This document shows, piece by piece, positions 9,138 through 17,912 of a DNA stretch of 17,912 nt. The first letter of the stretch is position 1, and each line of letters starts with the position of its first letter. Under the pieces are notes generated by a model. That model had not been told where the DNA came from, did no database searches, and saw nothing but the letters and a program-made list of their open reading frames with translations. Both the position numbers and the translations under genes were made by a program. Source of the stretch: an uncultured Acidobacteriota bacterium (GTDB lineage Bacteria; Acidobacteriota; Blastocatellia; RBC074); the NCBI GenBank assembly GCA_963796275.1, contig CAWCKY010000005.1, forward strand, positions 1 through 17,912, written 5' to 3'.

Positions 9138-10136
9138 TCAAGCGAATTCTGCTATGGCTGCTTGCTGTATATTCGCTAAATCTGATTGAACCATTTCAGC
9201 AACCAGGTCACGGAATGTGTACTTCGGCTCCCAGCTGAGTATTCGGTGCGCCTTGGAAGAATCCCCGATCAACAGATCGACTTCCGCGGGGCGATAAAAC
9301 GCGTCATCTATTTTGACAAAATCGCGATAATCAAGCTGGACTTCGGCGAAAGCCAACTCGCAGAACTCCCGCACACTGTGTGTTTCTCCGGTGCTAATAA
9401 CATAATCATCCGGCTCAGGCTGTTGCAGCATCATGTGCATTGCGCACACAAAATCCGCCGAATGCCCCCAGTCACGCCGCGCATCCAGATTCCCTAACCG
9501 GACTTCAGTCGCCAGCCCCATCTTGATGCGCGCAACTCCGCTGCTGATCTTCCGCGTGACAAATTCAAACCCGCGCCGTGGCCCCTCGTGGTTGAATAAG
9601 ATTCCGTTGCAGCAATACATTCCGTAAGCTTCACGATAATTTCTGGTTAACTCAAACCCGGCCACCTTACTGATGCCGTAAGGGCTGCGCGGATGAAATG
9701 GTGTGGTCTCTTTTTGCGGCACTTCATGTACTTTGCCGAACATTTCACTCGACCCGGCGAAGTAGAATTTGCAACCTGGTTGCAACTCACGCAACGCGGC
9801 CAGCATGTAATGCGTTCCATTGATGTTGGTGTTCAAAGTAGAGAACCCGTCGGCGAAACTCTCGGCTACAAAACTCTGCGCCGCGAGATGATAACATTCA
9901 TCATATTTTTGCTTGCTGAAGACTTGGAAGATGCTGGGGTAGCTTTCCAGGCTCGCGGCGTGCAATTTGATTCGATCCAACAAATGGGTAATCCTGCCGA
10001 ACCTGCGGTCGGGATCCTCTATTGCGATGCGGCGGACTATGCCATGCACGTCGTATCCCTCCGCCAGCAAATGTTCAGCCAAATAACTACCGTCCTGTCC
10101 GGTAATACCAGTAATAAGAGCACTTTTTCTGTTCAT
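9138..10136 (-). CDS. gmd: GDP-mannose 4,6-dehydratase (332 aa)
   Basis: ALITGITGQDGSYLAE, HLAAQSFV, AGSSEMFG, PFHPRSPYGISK (YxxxK), NGILFNHEGPRRG, LGNLDARRDWG, YRPAEVDLLIGD. The start is placed at ATG 10136 (MNRKS), which has a GAGGA RBS, rather than at 10247. Confidence 0.97.
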   Translation of the reverse strand: MNRKSALITGITGQDGSYLAEHLLAEGYDVHGIVRRIAIEDPDRRFGRITHLLDRIKLHAASLESYPSIFQVFSKQKYDECYHLAAQSFVAESFADGFSTLNTNINGTHYMLAALRELQPGCKFYFAGSSEMFGKVHEVPQKETTPFHPRSPYGISKVAGFELTRNYREAYGMYCCNGILFNHEGPRRGFEFVTRKISSGVARIKMGLATEVRLGNLDARRDWGHSADFVCAMHMMLQQPEPDDYVISTGETHSVREFCELAFAEVQLDYRDFVKIDDAFYRPAEVDLLIGDSSKAHRILSWEPKYTFRDLVAEMVQSDLANIQQAAIAEFA

Positions 10137-10339
10137 TGTTTCCTCTGATTTGTCCCACCTGTTGACGGGGGGCGTTTTATTCAAGTTTCTTCCAAACGAA
10201 AATCCCGACCTCCTTGATCCAAGGCGCCAGATATCAGCAAGCGTCAAAGGCGATCAGGATCGGTTATCCATGTTGACTCCAGTTTCAGTCCACAACTCTT
10301 ATGATCGGAAAACATCTCTTCAATCCGGCATCGGTCGGC

Positions 10340-13300
10340 CTAAACCTCGCGCGCTTTTTCGGCGCCGGTGAGGTTAGTGATCACAGCCACTGCTCCCCTG
10401 GTCGCGATCCCAGAACCGTTACCGGATTGACTCGATGCGACGTTTTGCTGTCCATGGCGCGCTTGATCGATTTCCAAATCAGGTTCCGTCCACGGTTGGC
10501 TGAACCATCCAGCGGCCAGGGATATACATTGATTAACAAACGAGTCCGTTACGCTAACCCAGTCAAATTTACGCGCAACAGCGATGCCATTTTTTGCCAA
10601 CCTGGTACACAAATCCGAATCATTGACTAGGGCTGCGAGACCGCTTTTCAAGGACGAATCATCCACTAACAGCGCATTCTCGCCATCCACAGCCATGTCA
10701 TGAAACGCCGCGCAGTTGTAATTCAAAATCACAGGCTTCCCTGCCAGCCAGGCCTCAAGAACAACGAGGCCGAAGCTTTCGCTGGCGCTCATGTTGCATA
10801 ACGCAATACAGGACATCAGTGCGCCTCTGACTACGGATCGAGGCTGGCGACCGAGGTATGTTGCGTTGGGGGAATCGATTAAAACACCATCATCATCCGG
10901 GCCAATCAGAATGACATGTAGATTAACCCCATCGCGATTCAGTTCCTCCACGGCAGCAATGATCTTTTGGTATCCCTTGGCGCCAGCCTTGCGACCAAGT
11001 ACAAGGATGAATGGCCTGGCGCCGCCGAAAACCTCCCTGAATGCTTCAACATCTTGCGGACAGAAATCCTCCCGGATGTCGCAACCCCCAGGTAGATAGA
11101 GGACATTGACTCCCTTACCAGCCAGAAAGTCGCAAGCCAGCCTGGGCACAGCCAGAACGAGGCTGGCCTTCCGCGCGCTTTCCAGGACATCCGGGAAGTG
11201 ATAGAAGTCGTCGTCCAAATGGGAATGGGGAATCAGAATCGAGGGCACACCCTTAGTTTTCGCCGCCTCAATGGCAACGACGGCTGGCCTGAAAATGTTA
11301 TTGTGAGTCACCACTAGATCGTATTCCGCCACATAGTCTGCGATGAACCGTTCCATACTCGAGCTCCATGGCCCACGTCCGTCAGTCAGTCGAACGTTTT
11401 GCGCGGCTCGTGTTTTCTCCGCCGTCTGGTGGAGTATCTCGAAGGCGCTCTCTGCCCCCATGCGAGGTAAAACTTGTTGGGCCAGCGTCGGGGCCGCCAG
11501 GTCAATAGCCCTATCCGCGACTTTAAGGCCAGTCACCAGAAAACCAATCGGCCGAGGGTCATGCTTCTGCGCGGCGGCGGATGTAGAGAATTCGAGTTCT
11601 CCAGCTCTCGCCTGAAAACCGAGACGAAAATGGCCCTCCACCGTCCAAGGGCCTGCCACGGCCTTATTTTGGCTGTGGGCGGTGATCATCACCGAGGCGG
11701 GGGCGAAGCCGACGACTTGAATCCGCGCAGGATCAGCCAGGAAAATCCCACACTCGGCAAATGTCCAGCGCGACGTGAACTCCCCTTTGACTTCCGGATC
11801 TCCCCATCCCCAGGTCAGGCCTGTTTCTAAGTAGTCACTGGCCAGTCGCCGGCTCACTGACCTTTCAAATCTCGGTTGCGCTCGCCATGCGCTCCGTAAA
11901 CAGGCGTCTATCAAGGCCTGTCCTGGCGTCTCAGCGGGAAAACGCGCAAACCGCACATTCGGAATGTCCACCGGGGCGCCGCATTTCCGGTCGAAAGAAT
12001 AAGTCTCGCTAAACCGCATGTGGTTATGTATGCCGCTGATTTCGGGAGCCACCACATCCACATCAAATTGGCCGCTATTACCCAATGCCCTGATAAATTT
12101 CTCGATAAGCAACTCTGCTCCACCGAGCGGAGGAGATGTATATCGATAGGTTACAAAGAGAAGCCTTTTTCGCTTTACCTCGAGGTTTTGGAGAAGAGAG
12201 ACAAAACGCGCGCCAAGGCCCTGCATCGCCAACTCGCGATCAAACAAGTCTCGCCTTGTCGCCCTCGCTTGCGCCGCAAGGAGTTCGGGGCGGCTCAATA
12301 TTGACAGTATGGTTTCGGCAAACTCTTCAATGGACGCTACCGCGACATGTTCCTGGATGGAAGCTGGATAGCCACGCAGCCCGAATTCAGTGGTTGCCAC
12401 ATACAGGCCATTGCCGAGGAAATCGGCCAGTTTGACATTGGAGCCACTGCCGGACATCACAGGATTGACGGCCAGACTACAGGCCTGCATCACAGCGCTT
12501 TTAGTCACATCATCCAACACGCCCCACAGATGCGCATTGGGCGCCGCATTCTGAATAGCGTCACAGACCGAACCAATCAGATGGAACTGAACGTCGCCGC
12601 ACTGCGGCGCGAGCCGCTCCATGATGAATTGAGCGGCTTCCACGTTCGGCATATGCGCGGAGCCAAGAAACACCACGGAACGATCATTGATTTTTCCTCG
12701 CAAGGTCATTTGCGCATTGTCCACCGCTACGCCCGTTTCAGGCGCTGCAGCCCCATTGCGCACGACAACCACCGGCCCGGCGGTCCGCTTGCCGCGCACC
12801 AGGCTTTCCGCATCCTCCTGGGAGACAGCGACCACTGCCGCGGAGCGCTCTACGGCAAAGCGCTCGTTGCATTCGACGTCCGCTATCAATTCCTCCTTTA
12901 AAGGGTGCCGCTCCAGAAGGCGCTTCTTGAGTTCTGTCTCGTTGTTCTGCGAAGAATAAACGAAGCGATCTCCCCAGGCGCGTGGCAAATCCGCCATGTA
13001 GCAATGATCCAGAACGATGCACCGGGCTGATTGCCTGAGCACCCGGTAGATAATCTTGAGATAGGGATTGGCCAAGCAATTTCGGCTGGCGACGATGTCA
13101 TCGGCGGAGACAGGAAATTGAGAATTGACGCGTTCAAGCTCCGCCAGGTGATCGGGTGTCTTCGGCACATTGATGACGGTAAGGTCCCCCGCCAACTTTT
13201 TCGCCTGCAGCTTGCCATTGCCGGAGAAGCTGACGTGGACGACCGGGCTCCATTTACGAACCGCCGCATAGAGTCCACGAATTCGTGTGCCCCCTCCACC

Positions 13301-14543
13301 AATCTCTGCGAACGCGTCATAGTCGTTAAGGGCAAGCACAAAGCGTTTGGAAGGCATTGCAGTTTTGGCTTCGGCGAGTTCTTCGATATCTCTCGCAGTG
13401 GACTGCGCAATCGCCTGCCAGGTGTAGCGCACCCGCGCCAAAGCGTTTCCCGCAGCGCCCACAGAAGCCAGGCCCACTGGCTTCGCGGCAGCTGCCCGGA
13501 TCGCTTCTGGAAACTGGTCCAGTGATGCTTCCAGGTATTCGGCGTCAGCCCTGGCTTGAATGCCCCTCATGCCGAAGGGCGTGGACAACACCGGCAGCCC
13601 GCGCGCGAAGTAATCCAGCACTTTCACGTTCGAACCGCTTCCCGACATCATGGGATTGAGCGCCAGACTCGCCTGGCCCAATAGACGATTTTTCAACTCG
13701 TCGTCGACCACGCCATGGCGGCAGACGTTCGACGGGTATTTCCCTTCGGGCAAGCAACTGCCAATAATATCGAATGTAATCTCCGGAAGCCGAGGCGCCA
13801 GGGTACGCGCGATAAATTCGGCTGCGCTCACATTCGGCGGATGGCCGCTACCCATGAATACGGCGGTAAAGGCGTCGGTTTCAAATTTTCCGGCGCGCGC
13901 CGGAGCGTCAAGGAGGGTGGCGCCATTCGGCGCGCAGGCCGCATGAAAATTCGCTTCCGGGGCTATTTCACGGAAAGCGATCAGATCGTCTTCACTGCAA
14001 TACAACAGCAAATCCGCCCATTCCAGCATGCGTAATTCGGCCTGGCGCACGATTTTCATGAATCAGCCCTGATTTTTCACCAGGATGCAACTGCCGGTAC
14101 AACTGGGTTTCGCAATTATAGGAGTTATATATGCGGAGTTTATTATCGATCCCGGCAAATAGATCGTATGCCGCTGTGAACGGGGAATCATGAATAATTA
14201 CATCCGCTCTTTCGTACTCCTCCAGATAAGCCTGATGTAAGCGGGTTGGAAAATTTCCACAAGACGCAATGCACGGCCCCGACAAATCACCACCACCGGA
14301 ATACTCATCGAGAACAGTCCATTGTTCACTAAAGAACTGGTCTTTCGGAATTCGCCGCTCGATAAATCCGACTCCATGATTCACAACCTCCTCCTCGACG
14401 CCCGAGTGAGTCGAGGTCACGAGCGTAATTTCAAACCACTCGCTCAACGCCTTGTAAAAATTGAACAAGCGGGATTGACCTCCATTGGATGGAGGAACAA
14501 ATGCAGGAAAAAAACAGAACGCAAGAATCTTCTTCATTTTCAT
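10340..14543 (-). CDS. Three-module GT-B (GT4-like) glycosyltransferase, about 1400 aa, with one frameshift near 14055
   Basis: ORFs 14543-13992 and 14059-10340 join if one A is removed from GAAAATC. Modules 1 and 2 share VFxGSxHxPNVxAAxFI and NPxMSGSGSNVK; module 3 has ESFGLVVLEAW (EX7E). The start overlaps the upstream stop (ATGA, 14543-14540). Confidence 0.88.
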
Positions 14544-17500
14544 AGCTTGTCTGAATAGAAATGGAAGCTCGATTCAAGAGGGGTACGCTGGTCCGCATTG
14601 ATGCCCCGCAGGCCGGGCCGCAAGGTGGCGCATTCCTGGCCACCAGAAACACGGACGTCAAGCATGACCGAATCAGCCGATGTTCCAGACCAATTGGGGG
14701 AAGTTTGTGCACGGCCACCGGCACATTTCATGCCTATTGCATTCGCTTTCTCACGTTTAGGACGCACAATACTTGCCAGCCAGCGAAGCGGCTCCGTAAC
14801 GCGCCACGAACGACTGCTAAAGACTTCCTGTAAAGTAGCCTCGGCCTCCGCCGCCCGTTCTTCGGCTTGCCGAGCGAGGAGTTTGGCTAGCTGGGCGTGG
14901 GATTCGGCCTGACTGGCCCGATGTTCGACTTCCTTGGCCTTCGCTACCGCTTCTCCAGCCCAGCGTCCCGACTCCAGATGTTCGCTTCTCACAAAATCAT
15001 CAAATACATTGAGTGGCGCCTTAAAAGCGACCTTCAGGTTTCCGTTTTCACCCGCGACGTCATACCTATTCATCTCCTCGAAGTAGGCGTATCCGTACTC
15101 CGTTAGCTGATTTACTGCCTCGTCGCCCATGGATGCGTTTTGCCGCCTGCGGGGCGCTCCCGCGAATGGACGATCTCGCTGCGAATCTTCCCAGAGTGGC
15201 CGTGTGCTCGAGCATCGTTCATTCAGGCGATAATCCTCTCCCAATAAGCATTGCAACAACATCCCCGCGCTTTCCTTCCAGGTGAGCCACGGCATATCGT
15301 CTGATTTCGGATGATTATTCTTGTGCTGTAGCGCCTGCCATTCCTCGATCGCATTTGCCAACGCTTCCTGGTCATTGCCCTTGAAATAAAAGGCACGCTC
15401 TCCCGCCACTTCTCGGAAGACCGGAATGTCACGCGCGATAATCGGCAGCTTGTGGCGCGCCGCTTCGATGAGCGGCAGGCCGAAACCTTCTCCGTAAGAG
15501 GCCGCGATCAGGCAGGCGCTGGCGTCGTAAACCTTCTCCCGGTATTCATCACTAATGCCTTCGAGCCAGAACAACCGCTTGCCTAGCTCCGGGTGGCTGC
15601 GCAGCTTACGGATGATTTCCGGAATCGTCCGCCGCCTGTCGTCCGACATATCTGCCCACCCTCTTTCCCGACAATCACCAGGTTGATATCCAGACCTTGC
15701 CGCCATAGCTCAGTAAAAGCTTCTAAAACCTGCAAATAACTTTTGCGCGGCTCGATCATGCCAACCATTAAGAAACTCGGTCGGGATTGGAGCTGGCCCA
15801 GCGTCCATTCAGCGTTGTCGGGCAGACCGCGACTGGCGGCAATGTTTTCGATTTCGGTGCCGTGATGTGACCAGGTAATGCGAAAGGGGCGTCGGCCGCT
15901 CCATTCGAGCCCCGAATCTTTCAGCCATATGGCAAAGTCGTCAGCGACAGTTTCCGAAACGCAGATTGCGCCATCAAACTTTGAGACCGCCTGGAGCCAC
16001 TCAGCGTGACGATCGTGCGCTCCCGGCGGAAATACGTCCGGCATTGTGATGGGTAGTAAATCGTGGACCATGGAATACACCATGACGCCCCGGTTGCGGT
16101 AATACGCATACAATCCCTCGCGCTCCGCCTGAATCAGCAGATCGCCGGATATATCGAGTCCAACCAACACGTCACCGCACTCGGGTTCAACGATTTCGTC
16201 AGCGAGCACATCCGCCGGACACCCCAACAGGCCGAGGGTGTAGCGGCGGGCGTAGCGGTAGCGCCAGCCCCCTTCTTCATTGCTGAGATAAACGGGTTCG
16301 ACTCGGTAGCCCCCGGGCGCGTCATCCAGCAGCGCCAGGGTCAGCGCGCGCGCCACCCGTTCGATACCGGTTTTACGATCGATGAGGGAGGTGGCAGAGA
16401 CATCGAGAAACAAGCGTCTGGACCGGCGCGGTAACGGCAGCGTGGCGGCAAGCGTCTGCGAGAGGTCTTGAAGCTGGGTATCGTTCGGCGCAAACATTTC
16501 AGCCGCGATGGCGCGTATCAAACCGGGCGCCGCCGTCTCGGCTCGGCGATGGAAGTGCTCGATGGCGTCCGCATAGCGCTGAGCGCATTCGGCGCTCGGC
16601 TCATGAGGGATCACCGCCCAGTCAGCCTCCTGGATTGATCCGTACCACTGTCTTGCCAGGTCCAGTGAAGAACCGGAATGAACGATAAGGCCCAGCGCCC
16701 GCTGCAGGACATCGAGGTTGCATGGATATTTCCCGACGACCGATTCAAGATCCCGGGCGCGAAACCGCTCGCGAACGGCGCCATATCCATGGGAATAATA
16801 AAGCGCTTCCGTCCAGACATTGGGCTCGATCCCGGCTATCTCCCTGGGAGCGACAACGTTGGGGAGGAAAAAATCATGCAGCGCAACCACGCCCGGAATC
16901 ATCCGCAGCAACTCGAACATATGCTGATAAGATAGCGAATTGCCGATATGGTAAAGCACTCGATCAACATCGCCGGCGTGTGAAAGCAACCATGGGACGT
17001 CTCGTATGGCGCAATGCTCATTGATCCACGGTTCGACACGGTCCTGTGCTGCCACAACATCAATATCATAGTGTTCCGCAAGGGCGGGCAGCAGTTGAGC
17101 GCTGTAATCGGCGATGCTGCTGCGTTCCGGCGGTAAGGAAGTTACGAAAGCGAGTCTCGGTTTCCGCCCGGTCGATCGACGAGTTGGATTAGTCCGCCGC
17201 TCCGATCTCAATGACTCCCACGCCGCCATCGCCCGCCCGGCCGTTCGTCCCAGGAAAACTTCGCGGCGCTTGTATCGCCGCCCCGGATCGGCCGGAAGTA
17301 TGCGTTTAAGGCTTCTGAAGTGTTGACAACTCGGCCGGCGGGGAGGCCAAAATGAGCGAGCCCTTCTTGCCGCGAAGCGTCAGAAATGGCGAGGTAAAGC
17401 GCCGCGCGTTTGAAGTATTCGAGCTTGCGTTGATAGTATTCTGCGAAGAGTGGATTGGGCTTTAAGTAGTGATCGGGATTGAGCAGAGGGGTTAGATCGT

Positions 17501-17908
17501 GAAGCGTCACACTGACGAGCGCGTCGCCGTCGAAACGGCCGATGCTGGTTACGGCGTCATCTTCATAGCCTTCAAACAAGCTGCAAACGTGGATCACGTC
17601 CGGCGACAAGCTAGCGAGAAAAGCTTCGCGATGCATTCGGCCGCTCCTCGCCGCGAGTCATTACCCGGCTGACATTCCCGCACCGGCCCGAGCGCGTACC
17701 ACACACGGATGTTTTCCTGCGGGAGCAGACCGTCGAAAGCCACGCGGATGGGTTCGATGGTGTCGGGAAAAAGACCGTTCAAGGCGATGATGATTTCATG
17801 CTCGCCGCGGTGCCGCGCGACAGCCTGGGAAAACGACATCGTATAACGCCCGGTACCCCGAGACCGGTTTTCGGTTTGCGCTCCTTGCATATCAATGACA
17901 ATACGCAT
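14540..17908 (-). CDS. wbdA: WbdA(MtfA)-like multi-module GT4 glycosyltransferase, internally shortened, with a coiled-coil C-terminal extension and 3 frameshifts
   Basis: The N-terminus MRIVIDMQGAQTENRSRGTGRY...LLPQENIRVW..GPV...REAFLASLSPDV..SLFEG..DDAVTS resembles E. coli O8-type WbdA as I recall it. Module 2 starts KPRLAFVTSLPPERSSIADYS. Module 3 has KTGIERV, FLMVGMIEPRK and ASYGEGFGLPLIEAA. 1-bp shifts occur near 17625, 17243 and 15660. The symbol indicates family likeness only. Confidence 0.8.
14760..15130 (-). other. FkbM-methyltransferase/WbdD-like C-terminal remnant: coiled coil plus SxSWRxTxPLR amphipathic motif
   Basis: YGYAYFEEMNRYDVA...AFKAPLNVFDDFV resembles the end of FkbM-type domains (YFDGLNRFY...PPNVFD). 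It is followed by an Ala/Glu/Gln-rich heptad stretch (AKAKEVEHRASQAESHAQLAKLLARQAEERAAEAEATLQE) and SSRSWRVTEPLRWL, in frame with the upstream GT module. Confidence 0.6.
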
Positions 17909-17912
17909 CGTC

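Noticed and set aside
10137-10247. 37-aa N-terminal extension of Gmd in the ORF track
   Set aside because: Family similarity begins at MNRKSALITG, and an RBS sits directly before ATG 10136.
5100-17330. Numerous + strand ORFs (e.g. 6907-7608, 12347-12901, 13031-13525)
   Set aside because: They are antisense shadows of well-supported minus-strand genes in GC-rich DNA and show no motifs.

Overview
Bacterial accessory region with two halves. Left (1-5000, + strand): AT-rich DNA with a REP/REPIN-like palindrome, a terminator-like hairpin and a 298-bp MITE (25-bp perfect terminal inverted repeats, 9-bp target duplication) that carries a REP-like hairpin cluster. These are followed by a collapsed NRPS remnant (N-terminal C domain plus a partly deleted A domain) joined directly to a Cys-nucleophile SyrC/CmaE-like alpha/beta-hydrolase, and then a SAM-methyltransferase fragment. 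Right (5074-17908, - strand): a surface-polysaccharide locus with a WbdA-like multi-module glycosyltransferase, a three-module GT4-type glycosyltransferase, gmd, a class I SAM methyltransferase and a YfhO-like membrane glycosyltransferase. The WbdA-like gene appears to lack the donor-binding halves of modules 1 and 2 and ends in an FkbM/WbdD-like coiled-coil tail. Several genes carry 1-bp frameshifts that could be sequencing error or real decay. All family calls come from motif recognition by eye, not database searches. I found no clearly new system; the best leads are the WbdA-like architecture, the REP-carrying MITE and the NRPS/SyrC-like relic.
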